Positions 34,732 through 44,730 of a DNA stretch of 64,000 nt are shown in pieces. The stretch is from NCBI GenBank assembly GCA_038884755.1, contig JAWABJ010000001.1, forward strand, positions 256,001-320,000. Direction: 5' to 3'. The stretch's first letter is position 1; each line of letters opens with the position of its first letter. The DNA is from Candidatus Norongarragalinales archaeon (GTDB lineage Archaea > Micrarchaeota > Micrarchaeia > Norongarragalinales > Norongarragalinaceae). The notes under the pieces are model-generated. The model made no database searches. It was given only the letters and a program-made list of their open reading frames with translations, and was not told the DNA's origin. The position numbers and the translations under genes were made by a program.

Positions 34732-36627
34732 TTAGTCCTCCCTCAAAGGCACGAATCGCGTGCCTCCACCCTTGTAAAACTTGGAGTAAAATTCTACGTA
34801 ATGCAGCCTTAAAGACTGTATTCCTGCTTCGAGCAGGCCGAGTGCAATCGCAACCGCGTGTCCCAGCACTAGCATGATTGCGAAGAGGATGAACGAAACT
34901 ATTGCGCTTGGCTGGAGGGTTGCGAGCGAAGCGAAGTCAAGCGGTATTGTCGCCACTATGCCGGCGAGCGCGACGCCGCTCAGTCCCAAAGCCATTATTC
35001 TCAAGTATGAGAGGACGTTGGAGAAGAGCGATGGGATTTCCATGAGCTGCACCGGCCCTTCGAAGTAGACCAATCCGGCGATTCCCGCGGTGAACAGCCC
35101 CAAGTCGAAGGGCGACGGGATTATCCTCAAGAATTGCAGGTATTCCGTGAAAATCAAGTGCATGGAATTAGCGAGGAATGCGATGAACCCGAAGAGTATG
35201 GCAAGCCACGAGATTTTCGCGTAAGCGTGGTTGTAGTGCTTTTCGCGAACGCCTTGCCACGCGCCCAAAACCAGCCCGAGCGTAATGTGCAGGAATCCGA
35301 TTAGCACGCTCAACGCGAAAAGCACTTCGATTCCGTGCTCGTGGACGCGGGAAAGCAAAGGCGTGAAGTGGTATCCAAAAACCTCTTCCAGCCCGAATAT
35401 TTCCGCGTAAATGAAGCCGAAAACAATTGTGGATATGGCGCTTAGCGCGAGCATTCCGCCTATGCTGTTGAAAACCCCTTTCTTGAACTTGAGCATGAAA
35501 TACACGCCGAGCAAAAGCAGGATTAGGCCGTAGCCAATGTCGCCCAAAATCATGCCGAAAAACAACGGGAACGTGATTGCCGTGAAGAACGTCGGGTCAA
35601 TTTCCCTGTAGCGCGGGAGGGAAAAGAATTCCACCATGAACTCGAACGGGCGCAGGGCGAAAATGTTCTTGAGCTTCGTGGGAGGCATTTCGCGAGTTTC
35701 CACCTTCTCGACGAGCGTCCTGTTGTCCAGCCTTTCGGAAAGGGTTTTTTCCAGCTCGCGAAAGCTTTTCTCGGCCACCCAGCCTTCGGCGCAACTCGCC
35801 ATTTGCGTCTGCCCGAATTTCGAGGGAAGCTCGGCTTTCTTGAACTCCCTTTCTAAAGCCTTTCTCAAGGATACTATCCGCGAGCCGTGTTTGGCAGAGA
35901 AAGAAGCGAGTTCATTGTTCAACGCGTAAATGCGTTTTTGCGTTTCCGCGATTTGCTTTCGGGTTTCGGCGTAATCGCGGGAGGGCAAGTCGCATTGCGG
36001 CAGGGAAACTTCCTTTGCAAAGGCCGAAAGCGCTTGCCTCGCCTTGTCTGCCTTCCTCTTGTCCCAGGCGGCGAGGACTTTCGCGCTTTTCCCTTCGCCC
36101 AACGCTATGGCCTGCCCGAATTCGCGCGCTTTCGCAAGGGTTTTCTGCAAATCGCCGGTTTCGAACAGCGCGAACTCGAGGATTTGCGTTTGCGACTGGA
36201 TTCTGCCCAAATGCAAGTCGAGGTTTTTGAAAGTCGCGAGCTCGCGCTCCTTGTTTTTCAAGTCGCTGAGCCTGCTTTCAAGCTCTTGTTTTTCCGAAAC
36301 CAGCGCGTCCAGGCTTGAGAGCGGGATTGCTGCAAAACGGCTTTCGGTTTCGACGAGGTTTCCTGTAAAGGGAATACCGTGGTTTTTCAACCCAAGCGTG
36401 CTTTCCGCAGCCCGTGCTTTCACGAGCATTTTGGAAACGGTTTCAAGCGCGTGCGAAGGCGCGCCGGGGCTGAAGGTTTTCGAGCGGGTGACGTGAATCG
36501 CTCCAAACTCGTACAAAGCCTGCACCACCGCGTCCAAGTCCTTGTTGGTGCACAGCACGCGCGCTTTCGCCATGGGTTCTACGTCAAACAATCCAAAAAC
36601 CTTTTTCGCTTTTTCAGTTTTTTGCAA
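34732..36627 (-). CDS. atpI: A/V-type ATP synthase subunit I
   Basis: P.Y.EIDPT, FG.ILGDIGYG, SYLRI.ALG, LRLHYVEF..KFY.GGG. Confidence 0.96.
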   Translation of the reverse strand: MQKTEKAKKVFGLFDVEPMAKARVLCTNKDLDAVVQALYEFGAIHVTRSKTFSPGAPSHALETVSKMLVKARAAESTLGLKNHGIPFTGNLVETESRFAAIPLSSLDALVSEKQELESRLSDLKNKERELATFKNLDLHLGRIQSQTQILEFALFETGDLQKTLAKAREFGQAIALGEGKSAKVLAAWDKRKADKARQALSAFAKEVSLPQCDLPSRDYAETRKQIAETQKRIYALNNELASFSAKHGSRIVSLRKALEREFKKAELPSKFGQTQMASCAEGWVAEKSFRELEKTLSERLDNRTLVEKVETREMPPTKLKNIFALRPFEFMVEFFSLPRYREIDPTFFTAITFPLFFGMILGDIGYGLILLLLGVYFMLKFKKGVFNSIGGMLALSAISTIVFGFIYAEIFGLEEVFGYHFTPLLSRVHEHGIEVLFALSVLIGFLHITLGLVLGAWQGVREKHYNHAYAKISWLAILFGFIAFLANSMHLIFTEYLQFLRIIPSPFDLGLFTAGIAGLVYFEGPVQLMEIPSLFSNVLSYLRIMALGLSGVALAGIVATIPLDFASLATLQPSAIVSFILFAIMLVLGHAVAIALGLLEAGIQSLRLHYVEFYSKFYKGGGTRFVPLRED

Positions 36628-36642
36628 CGCGCGAGAAAAGCG

Positions 36643-37011
36643 TCAGTGGGGCGGGAGGATTTCTTTCGCAAGCTTCGAGGCGAGCTGCTTGAACCCTTTT
36701 TTCTTGATTTCCGCAGCTTTGGTGTGTGCTTCCGCCAGGATTTTACTGTTTTCAGCCTCGACCTCTGCTTTCTTCGCGTTCACTATCGCCTCGCGCTTTT
36801 CCTCCGCTTCCAGCTCGGCGTTTGAAACAATTTCGCTCGCCTTTTGCCTGGCTTTCGCGACCGTTTCCGACGCCTGCTCCTGAGCTTTCGCAAGGATTTT
36901 TTTCGCGTGCTCTTCCGCGCCGGCGACTTCCTCGACGCTCTTGCTGAAAGCCGCCGGTTCATCGCGTGGATGGCCGTGTTCGGACAACGTAACCCCTCTT
37001 TTTTTTTCCAT
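36643..37011 (-). CDS. atpH: A/V-type ATP synthase subunit H/G
   Basis: Ala/Glu/Lys coiled coil, first gene of the operon. Confidence 0.8.
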   Translation of the reverse strand: MEKKRGVTLSEHGHPRDEPAAFSKSVEEVAGAEEHAKKILAKAQEQASETVAKARQKASEIVSNAELEAEEKREAIVNAKKAEVEAENSKILAEAHTKAAEIKKKGFKQLASKLAKEILPPH

Positions 37012-37182
37012 AGGAAAAAGCGTTTCAACTAAGGACGCTTTTCAAATAGAATTTAAAGCACGTATGTATTTAAACATTATTTAGCATCGGGACTATTGGA
37101 TTGCCGTTCCAAGAAAATACCCGGAAAATATTTTCCCGTATTGTCTGTAATGTTTTTTAGCGCCGCGCGCATGGGTGTTGTG

Positions 37183-38439
37183 ATGGTTGAACACAAGGTG
37201 AAGGACGCGTTCCTGAAAGACGCGGGCTTGAAGAAAATAAACTGGGCGAGGAAGCACATGCCCGTGCTGGAAGGCATAAAGGCGGATTTCGAAAAGCGCA
37301 AGCCTTTGAAGGGGCAGCGTATCGCCTGCTGCCTGCACGTTACAAAGGAAACTGCCGTTTTGATGGAAACGCTCAAGGCAGGCGGGGCGCAAGTGGCCCT
37401 ATGCCAATCCAACCCGCTGAGCACGCAGGACGACGTTGCAGCCTCTCTTGTCGCGGAAGGCATAAGCGTTTTCGCCTGGCGGGGTGTGGACAAGGAAGGT
37501 TATTACTGGTCGCTCAACAAAGTTCTCGACATCAAACCCACGATTACCATCGACGACGGGGCGGACTTGATTACGGAAATCCACACCAAACGCACTGCGT
37601 TGGTGAAAGGCGTTTTGGGCGGGCAGGAGGAGACCACCACCGGCGTAATACGCTTGCGTGCTTTGGCCAAGGACGGGAAGCTCTTGTACCCCGTCATTGC
37701 AGTGAACGACACGCCCACGAAGCACTTGTTCGACAATTACTACGGCACTTCACAGTCCACCATAGACGGGATACTGCGCGCGACGAACGTTTTGATTGCG
37801 GGAACTACGTTCGTAATCGCGGGGTACGGCGATTGCGGAAAGGGACTGGCGGAAAGAGCGAAAGGCATGGGCGCGAGCGTGGTAGTCGTCGAGCCGAGGC
37901 CAGTCGAGGCTTTGCGGGCGCATTTGAACGGGTTCAGGGTGATGCCCATGCGCGAGGCTGCAAAGCTCGCGGACATAATAGTTACCGTCACGGGCAACAA
38001 GCACGTGATTCGCGAAGAGCACTTCAAGAACTTGAAAGACGGGACGATAATCGCGAACTCGGGGCATTTCAACGTTGAAATAGACGTTGCCGCGCTGGAA
38101 AAAACGAGCAAATCCAAAAGCGAAATTCGCGACAACGTGGTTGAGTATGAGCTGAAGGACGGGCGGAAGGTTTTCGTGCTTGCGGAAGGGCGTTTGGTGA
38201 ACTTGAGCGCTGCCGAAGGGCATCCGAGCGAAGTGATGGACTTGAGCTTTTCAAACCAGGCTTTGTGTTCTGCGTATCTTGCAGAGCATTCTAAGCTTTT
38301 GGAAAAAAAGGTTTACGACGTGCCGCACGAGATCGACGAGAGGATAGCACGGTTGAAGCTCAAGTCTCTTGGTGTGGAAACCGAAAAACTGACTCCAGAA
38401 CAGGAAAAGTACCTGCAATCTTGGCTCGAAGGAACTTGA
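37183..38439 (+). CDS. ahcY: Adenosylhomocysteinase
   Basis: NPLSTQD, DDGADL, EETTTG, K..FDN.YGT, GRLVNL..A.GHP. Confidence 0.97.
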   Translation: MVEHKVKDAFLKDAGLKKINWARKHMPVLEGIKADFEKRKPLKGQRIACCLHVTKETAVLMETLKAGGAQVALCQSNPLSTQDDVAASLVAEGISVFAWRGVDKEGYYWSLNKVLDIKPTITIDDGADLITEIHTKRTALVKGVLGGQEETTTGVIRLRALAKDGKLLYPVIAVNDTPTKHLFDNYYGTSQSTIDGILRATNVLIAGTTFVIAGYGDCGKGLAERAKGMGASVVVVEPRPVEALRAHLNGFRVMPMREAAKLADIIVTVTGNKHVIREEHFKNLKDGTIIANSGHFNVEIDVAALEKTSKSKSEIRDNVVEYELKDGRKVFVLAEGRLVNLSAAEGHPSEVMDLSFSNQALCSAYLAEHSKLLEKKVYDVPHEIDERIARLKLKSLGVETEKLTPEQEKYLQSWLEGT

Positions 38440-38449
38440 GCTTTTTTTT

Positions 38450-39289
38450 TTACTTTCTTTTTCCCGTTTTTTCCTGCTTGCGGTTTTTCGGAGGAATCCA
38501 CACCGCGGTTTGCGTTTTTGAGTAGAGGAAGTAAACCGCGCCCAGGCCGATTGCGAGGTAACCCGCGTAGTAGAGGAAGTCCACCTGATGCCCGGTTTGG
38601 TACAAGTCTTTTTCAACCAAGTATCCAAAGATGATGTCGAATATCGAGCGGGCGGCAAAAGCGAAAGCCAACAACATCCAGTACCAGCGCGTTTGCTTAT
38701 AGCCGAACTGCGTCGCCTCTTCGGAAAGTATGAGCGCTATTGAAAGTGAAACGACGAACAAGAGAAAGTCCCCAGCTATGTAAGTGAGGTTGATCGTCCG
38801 TTCCAAACCCGTCGTCCCTGCCGTGAAAATCGATGGGGCGCTGAAAACCAGAATTGCGCTGATTATCGACGCGCCGATTCCTGCTATGACGTTGAATTGC
38901 GACAAGCGGGTTTCGCCCAAAACGAATTTTCCGAACCACTTGACTAGCGCGAAAATCAAGAGCGGGTATCCCAAAACCCAAAAAACGTCTGAAACGGAAG
39001 GAAACGGCGCCGGAATGTGCAGGAGGACTTCCTGGACGAGCCAGGCGACGTCGCCGAAAAACCACGCGAGAATGCCCATGTGCACGAAAAGCCAAAAGCG
39101 CCTGTTCTCCTTGTCGTACTGCGAGGCTACGAACGCGGCGAGAGTGTAGTATACGGCGTAAAACGAAAATGCGACGTTCAGGACGTTTCCCGCGATGAAA
39201 ACCGATCCGGCGTCAAGCGTTTTTATGAACGCGTGGAACAAGACAGCAAGCGCTACGAGCAAAACCCCGATTTTCTCTTCAAAACGCAT
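38450..39289 (-). CDS. Polytopic membrane protein resembling membrane sensor input domains, with no output domain
   Basis: About 8 TM segments; W..GD..W....E......PFPS.SD.FW..GY motif. Confidence 0.7.
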   Translation of the reverse strand: MRFEEKIGVLLVALAVLFHAFIKTLDAGSVFIAGNVLNVAFSFYAVYYTLAAFVASQYDKENRRFWLFVHMGILAWFFGDVAWLVQEVLLHIPAPFPSVSDVFWVLGYPLLIFALVKWFGKFVLGETRLSQFNVIAGIGASIISAILVFSAPSIFTAGTTGLERTINLTYIAGDFLLFVVSLSIALILSEEATQFGYKQTRWYWMLLAFAFAARSIFDIIFGYLVEKDLYQTGHQVDFLYYAGYLAIGLGAVYFLYSKTQTAVWIPPKNRKQEKTGKRK

Positions 39290-39298
39290 TTTCGGTTG

Positions 39299-40333
39299 TT
39301 ACCTCGTTATTTGGAACGATTGGACTTCGCTCAAGTGCTCTTTCGCCTTCCCGCTTTCAAAGTGCTTTCTCGCCGGCGCCACGAGACCGTCGACTTCTGA
39401 AGCTACGGCGTTTTTAAAGTCCGCAGGATGCAATTCGCCTTTGGCGAAAGCCTCTTCGACTTGGGCGTAGGAGGAAAACTCAGCGTCCCCGCCGAACTTC
39501 ACCGGCCTTTCCACCTTGAAAGAATCCTTGCACACGAAAATCAAGTCGCGAGCGTAAGCAAGAACTGCATTCCCTTCGACGGTTTTCTCGGGGCAGAACG
39601 CTTTCGACAGCTTTCTTTTTATCTCATCGTGCGAGTCGTGGATGAATATTGCCGAATCGGGCTTGCTCTTGCTCATCTTGATTTCCTCTCCCGAAAGCGA
39701 GGAAAGCAATTTGTGGTGCAATGCAACAGGCGCGATCCACCCCATTTTCGGGAATACCTCGCGTGCGAGCATGTGCACTTTCCGCTGGTCCATTCCCGCG
39801 TGCGCAATGTCCGCGCCCAAAAACTTGATGTCGACGCTTTGCATGGACGGGTAGATGTACTTCGCAACGTCCAGCGTCTCGCTTTCACTGCGCCCGAGTA
39901 TTTGCATGGTGCGCGTGGCGCGCGCAAGCGTGACGTGAGTGGAAAAGCGCAGGACGCTCTGCCAGTATTCGTCGTTGTGGCGGTAAAGCTCGGTGCCGCG
40001 CACGATTTTCGCCTTGGGGCAGTAAAAGCGGAATGCTTCCTCGTAGTATTTCGAGGCGCTTTGGATTTTTCCGATGTCGCCGCCTAGCTTGCCGTTGATT
40101 ACGGAATGCCAGTCGGCAAGGAAAACGGTGGTCTCGACGCCGGCTTTGGAAAGGTTGTTTATCACGCTTCCGCTCACGAGCAGGGAGCCCACGTGCAACA
40201 ACCCGGATATTTCAAAACCAATGTAGTGCTTCGGGTGCGCGTTGGTTTCGAAAAGCTGCTTCAGCTCGTCTTGCGTGACGACTTCTTGAACAGGCGGCTT
40301 GAGCGCGAGGTCGAGTTTCGAATGCAAGTCCAT
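39299..40333 (-). CDS. tyrS: Tyrosine--tRNA ligase (archaeal type)
   Basis: YIGFEISG.LHVG, YP.MQ..D, GMDQRK.H, KMSKS. Confidence 0.96.
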   Translation of the reverse strand: MDLHSKLDLALKPPVQEVVTQDELKQLFETNAHPKHYIGFEISGLLHVGSLLVSGSVINNLSKAGVETTVFLADWHSVINGKLGGDIGKIQSASKYYEEAFRFYCPKAKIVRGTELYRHNDEYWQSVLRFSTHVTLARATRTMQILGRSESETLDVAKYIYPSMQSVDIKFLGADIAHAGMDQRKVHMLAREVFPKMGWIAPVALHHKLLSSLSGEEIKMSKSKPDSAIFIHDSHDEIKRKLSKAFCPEKTVEGNAVLAYARDLIFVCKDSFKVERPVKFGGDAEFSSYAQVEEAFAKGELHPADFKNAVASEVDGLVAPARKHFESGKAKEHLSEVQSFQITR

Positions 40334-40373
40334 GAAAAACCAGTTTTTATTATTTCACCGAGTAATAAAAACC

Positions 40374-40757
40374 ATGCTTAAAATCAGGCGCAACGCGCTG
40401 GAAAGCGCGCTGCAAGGCGCGCGCGAGACGCACCCCGACGAGTTCATTTGCCTGCTGCGCGGGGATAAAGTTAAAGACAGCAAGGACGATTGGCTCGTCA
40501 CGGAAGTAATCATACCGCCTTTCGCTTCCTACGAGCTCAACGCTTCGAGCTTTTCCCCGTGGTTTATTCCCGCAAACTCGAAAGAGCTTGCCACATTCCA
40601 CTCGCACCCTTCGCCGAGTTCTGCATACCCGTCGCGCCAGGATTTGAAAATGTTTTCCAACAGCCTTTTCAATCTAATCGCCTGCTTTCCCTATAGAATT
40701 CAAGACACTAACTCTTTCGACTCCAAGGGAAAGAAAATTTCTTTCAAGATAGTGTAA
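40374..40757 (+). CDS. JAMM/MPN+ metalloprotease
   Basis: P.EF..LL.G and HSHP......PS..D motif. Confidence 0.9.
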   Translation: MLKIRRNALESALQGARETHPDEFICLLRGDKVKDSKDDWLVTEVIIPPFASYELNASSFSPWFIPANSKELATFHSHPSPSSAYPSRQDLKMFSNSLFNLIACFPYRIQDTNSFDSKGKKISFKIV

Positions 40758-40764
40758 ATTTTTT

Positions 40765-41280
40765 TCATCCCGGTGGCGTTGGAACTTCATAGTCTATTTC
40801 CGGAGATGGTTCCAGCGAAGGCTGTGGTTGTGTGTCTTCCACTAACTCTTCTTCGCTATTTTCAACAAAAACATCTTCCGGCGTTTCTTCCTGTTGTTGT
40901 CCGCTTTCACTTTCTTCTGACGATTGAATGTTTTCATTATCTTCTGACGATTGAATGTTTTCATTAACGGTTTTTTCTACCGTATTTTTTAAAGTTTGTG
41001 GGGAAGGGTTCAATTCCAAGTTTTTTTCAATAGAACTACTAACCTCTCTTGAAGGTAATGGCGGGTGCAAGAAGAACGCGGAAGTCAAAACCAAACCCAA
41101 AAATAAGATTATCGCCGCGTTTAAGGACGGAATTCCCCTGTCTTCCAGCGGGTATATGAACCACTCGTAAACCCTCAACCCCTTGTTTTCAAGCCAATCG
41201 CAAACTCCGTAATAATAGTTTTCAAGCTTTTCCCAAAAAGTAGGAGTTTTTGAATCCCCTTGTCCCTTCTCTCCGTACAT
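40765..41280 (-). CDS. Short (171 aa) member of the giant-protein leader family with acidic low-complexity tail
   Basis: ENYYYGVCDWLENKGLRVYEWFIYPLEDRGIPS + TM, then an E/S/P-rich tail. Confidence 0.8.
   Translation of the reverse strand: MYGEKGQGDSKTPTFWEKLENYYYGVCDWLENKGLRVYEWFIYPLEDRGIPSLNAAIILFLGLVLTSAFFLHPPLPSREVSSSIEKNLELNPSPQTLKNTVEKTVNENIQSSEDNENIQSSEESESGQQQEETPEDVFVENSEEELVEDTQPQPSLEPSPEIDYEVPTPPG
40913..40966. repeat. Perfect 27-bp tandem duplication (NENIQSSE[D/E] x2)
   Basis: TCTTCTGACGATTGAATGTTTTCATTA at 40913-40939 and 40940-40966. Confidence 0.95.
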
Positions 41281-41295
41281 GTTAATTCCGTTTTT

Positions 41296-42327
41296 TCAAC
41301 TCTTCATTACGGTTGCGTACTCTATGACCACTAGGTTGGGGGTGTATTCTTGTGCTTTGCTTCCTCTGGGTGACGTGTATCCTGTTGGGTTGTCTGCGAA
41401 TGCTACTCTGGGGTAGTTGTTTGTTACTGCTCCGTATAGTGGGTTTCCGTATTGGTTTGGTTTTTGGTTTTGCCAGCGGACTTCGTATCCGAAGGGTTTG
41501 TCTGATATCGTGTTGCTCCAAATGGGGTTGTAGTTGGAGTCCCATTTGGGTGCTGTGAATTGTCGGTTTTTTTGGTCGTAGGTTATCGTCCAGTATGGGT
41601 CGCAGTTTAGGGTGTTGCATACTCTTGGGTTTTTGGATCCGGAGTATGGTGTTTTTTCTGGAATGGCTATTATGAGTATTCCGTCGTTTTTGAGTGGTCC
41701 GGCTGTGGGTTCGTTTGAGTCCATTATAATGATTGTTGCTTGTTCCTGGGAGTTGTAGTTGTAGTATAGTGGGTTGACTGCTACTTTTCCTCCTAGTTCT
41801 TGGGATGCGTTGCCGTAGCCTACGGGTTTGTATCTGTCGATTTGTGGGCTTATTTTTTGGAAGATTGTGCCTGCTGTGAATGTTTCTTTTGAGTCTGCGG
41901 TTGTGGCTTGTGGAGTGGTTAGAATCAGTACTTCGTTTGTTGCTGTGAATGCGCCGGGTATTTGCGAGGATATTCGAATGAAATCTCCCCTAAGAAGAGT
42001 TCCATCCCTTTCGAGTATTATTCCCGTTTGAGGGAGAGACATTAAAGTCAGCGTGTCTTCCTTGTTAGTAAACTTTGAACCTCCCGAGTTTGAATCGGAA
42101 AACTTTAGAGTGCATTTGTCTGCTACCGTCAAGGAATACCCGCTTCCCGGTTCAAATGTTGTCGCCAAAGTGAAATTTTTGTAATAGTTGTAGTTGTCGA
42201 TGATTTCGTACTTCCAAGGGCCGCTTTCAACAACGCAGTTGTTTTTGATTGACTCGAAGTCGATGGTTTGACTCCAGCCTATTTGATTCTTGCCTTCAAA
42301 CAATTCAATGCTGTAAACTCCGCGCAT
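41296..42327 (-). CDS. Surface/S-layer-like protein, possibly truncated or chimeric
   Basis: Asn/Thr/Tyr-rich, beta-strand-like sequence; no signal peptide; composition shifts within the gene. Confidence 0.5.
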   Translation of the reverse strand: MRGVYSIELFEGKNQIGWSQTIDFESIKNNCVVESGPWKYEIIDNYNYYKNFTLATTFEPGSGYSLTVADKCTLKFSDSNSGGSKFTNKEDTLTLMSLPQTGIILERDGTLLRGDFIRISSQIPGAFTATNEVLILTTPQATTADSKETFTAGTIFQKISPQIDRYKPVGYGNASQELGGKVAVNPLYYNYNSQEQATIIIMDSNEPTAGPLKNDGILIIAIPEKTPYSGSKNPRVCNTLNCDPYWTITYDQKNRQFTAPKWDSNYNPIWSNTISDKPFGYEVRWQNQKPNQYGNPLYGAVTNNYPRVAFADNPTGYTSPRGSKAQEYTPNLVVIEYATVMKS

Positions 42328-42349
42328 GCTGTTATAAATTCTTTCTTTA

Positions 42350-42666
42350 AAAGCACGAGGCTCTTTGCTATGGAAGAAAATGTTTCACTTTTTCCAGCTA
42401 AACCAAGAAGAGTTTTACCGCCATTACCACTTACGAAGCAACGTGGAAAGCACGTTTAACATGATTAAAGCCAAGTTCGGCGATGTTTTGAAAAGCAAGA
42501 CGAAAACGGCGCAGGAGAACGAGTTGTTGCTGAAAATCTTGTGCCACAACCTCGTGGTAGTAATTCACGAAACAAACGAGTTAGGCATTACCGCCGATTT
42601 TCTGTGTAAAAAGGTTTGAGGGTGTGTGAAATGTAGGCATTTACACAAGGCTTTTACACAAAGCTC
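42350..42666 (+). mobile_element. Remnant IS (IS4/IS5-like DDE transposase C-terminus plus right end)
   Basis: Y..RS.VESTF..IK..FG..L.SK.......E.L.K...HN motif; TTTTACACAAAGCTC end followed by TTAG; 5' part missing. Confidence 0.8.
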
Positions 42667-42709
42667 TTAGAGGTGGAACGGCTGTTGCCAGCTTTTTTCC
42701 GCGAGAGGT

Positions 42710-43168
42710 CTATGGCTTGTAAAGATTTTTTTCGTAAAGCAAAACCGTCTTTCCTCCGAGTTGTTTTTCCAAAACGCCTTTCTTCGCGAAGCCGAATTCC
42801 CCGTAAAGCTTTATTGCGACAGCGTTGTCTTCGGCTACGAGCAAAAACGCCTTGGGACAGTTTTTGGCTTTAGCGAATTCGATGCAGTGCTGCAGCAGTC
42901 TTCGCCCTATGCCCTTGCCTTGAAGCTCTTTGAGCACGGCAAGGCCTAGGATTTTGGCGTTGCCGTCGTCCTGGATTTCTATATCCGCAAAACCCACCGT
43001 ATGCCCTCCGCTCAAGGCGATGAAATAGAAAACTTTGTTGCTAGCAATCCGTTCCCTGATGGTTTGGAAAGTAAAGCCTGTATAAGGAAAGAAGTGGCGC
43101 GTGATTTGCGTTATCGCGTAAAGGTGCTTTTCTTCAGCTGGAACTATGTTAATTTCAACTTGCTCCAT
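42710..43168 (-). CDS. GNAT-family N-acetyltransferase (RimI-like)
   Basis: LAV....QGKGIG..LL, L.V..DN..A..LY..FGF. Confidence 0.9.
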   Translation of the reverse strand: MEQVEINIVPAEEKHLYAITQITRHFFPYTGFTFQTIRERIASNKVFYFIALSGGHTVGFADIEIQDDGNAKILGLAVLKELQGKGIGRRLLQHCIEFAKAKNCPKAFLLVAEDNAVAIKLYGEFGFAKKGVLEKQLGGKTVLLYEKNLYKP

Positions 43169-43173
43169 GTTAT

Positions 43174-43749
43174 TTATCCTGCTGTTGAGGGAACAAAATC
43201 TTTTGCCTTTGTCCAATCGCCTTCAAAAACCTTTTCGAACTCTTGAGCCAGAGAAACGCTTTCGACCACCACGCTGCTTTCGCGGTTGGAGCGCATTGCT
43301 TGCCTGCTCCAGTTGGTGCTTCCAACCAAAACCTTTCTTCCATCAACAACCGCAGTTTTCGAATGTGTGTTAGTGTATTCTTTGGAGGCGAATCGAACTT
43401 GCACGCCTTTGTTTGCGAGAAACTCGGCGGTCGCGTAGTTCGATTCAACCCGCGGTTCGAGCAATACCCTAACTTTAACTCCCTTGCCTGCAGCTTGCGC
43501 GAGCGTTTCCATCATTCCGGGGTTGGAAAACTGGTAGAGCATGGCGTCGAGAGTGCGTTCGGCCGAAAGGGCGAATGATTCGAAATCGCCTTGCGAGCCG
43601 GGCGAGAATATGGCTTGCACGCTTGCAGCGCAGTATTGCGTTTGCATGATGGGGCGGTGGAGCGCCTGTACTGCGTAGAGGGATGCGATGGCGCAGAAAA
43701 AGCCTAGGGTGAAAACGAGTGCGAGCTCGAGCCTGCCGTGCGATTCCAT
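43174..43749 (-). CDS. Membrane-anchored phospholipase D-like (single HKD) nuclease
   Basis: HSKTAVVDG..V..GS.NW......N.E; N-terminal TM. Confidence 0.88.
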   Translation of the reverse strand: MESHGRLELALVFTLGFFCAIASLYAVQALHRPIMQTQYCAASVQAIFSPGSQGDFESFALSAERTLDAMLYQFSNPGMMETLAQAAGKGVKVRVLLEPRVESNYATAEFLANKGVQVRFASKEYTNTHSKTAVVDGRKVLVGSTNWSRQAMRSNRESSVVVESVSLAQEFEKVFEGDWTKAKDFVPSTAG

Positions 43750-43786
43750 GCTTCTGTTCTTTATTTGATGACGCCTGCCTTGTTTT

Positions 43787-44662
43787 TTAATAGTATGCTT
43801 CGACGACTGCACCTATCGCGAGAAGCGCGAGCGAAAGGATTGTGAGAAATGCCACGTCTTCAATCAGGTATTTGAAAAACGGCTTTTTGTTTGAAGAACG
43901 GAGTATAGCTATGGACAACACGCCTCCAGCTAGCGCCGCCACCAAGTAAGAAGTTATTTCGAAAATGCCGTGGGGAATCAGGCTCAGGAACCCCACTAGA
44001 ACTCCTAGCATTCCTTGTTGCACGAGCTTTTCGCCAAGAATCACCCCTATTATAGACGCATTCCACAAGAGCAAATACAACGCCCCTATGCCGTACAACA
44101 GAGAGAACAGGAACATCAGCGCCAAAACCTGGACGTTGTGCGTAAGCAAAAACTCGAATTTTTCGGCGCTGAAAACCTGGGCGGTTATTACCGCCCTTAA
44201 CGTGCGGATTTCTTGGAGTTGCGAGTAGAACAGGTCGTAAGACTGCTGCTGGGGCAGTATACTGAACCAGAAAGTGTACGCCAAAATCGCGCCGAGAAAC
44301 ACGAACCCGAAGAGTTCTATCATGGTCTTGTGCACGTTTATTATTCGCTTGAACCGCTGAAGCAGCGCGAATCTCGAAAGGTGCGAGAGCTGCTCGTCCT
44401 TCAATTCCTTCAGGACTTTCTTCCACTCGTCGATTTCCTCTTTCATGGTGTCGAAATGCTCTTCTTCCGCCTCGTCTCGCAAAAGGATGAAGAAAAACAG
44501 CGGAATCAATGGAATGAGGGCGAAAATGATGACCGAGCCTTGCAGCGAGGGGATGAGCATTTGCGTCAAAACGCCAAACGAAACGAAGAGGAACGAAACG
44601 ACGGCAAGCTCCCAAGGCTTGCGTTTTGCTTCTGAAGGCGAAACTATGTACTCCAAGACCAT
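43787..44662 (-). CDS. Stage II sporulation protein M (SpoIIM)-like membrane protein
   Basis: N..V......FS..YG.G...LL.WNAS..G and PHG.FE...Y..A...GG motifs. Confidence 0.8.
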   Translation of the reverse strand: MVLEYIVSPSEAKRKPWELAVVSFLFVSFGVLTQMLIPSLQGSVIIFALIPLIPLFFFILLRDEAEEEHFDTMKEEIDEWKKVLKELKDEQLSHLSRFALLQRFKRIINVHKTMIELFGFVFLGAILAYTFWFSILPQQQSYDLFYSQLQEIRTLRAVITAQVFSAEKFEFLLTHNVQVLALMFLFSLLYGIGALYLLLWNASIIGVILGEKLVQQGMLGVLVGFLSLIPHGIFEITSYLVAALAGGVLSIAILRSSNKKPFFKYLIEDVAFLTILSLALLAIGAVVEAYY

Positions 44663-44730
44663 TTTTTTATCGAAAACGCTTACGGAAAAAGAAATTAAAA
44701 CGCTTTTGTTGCACATACTACCCTGCAGTT

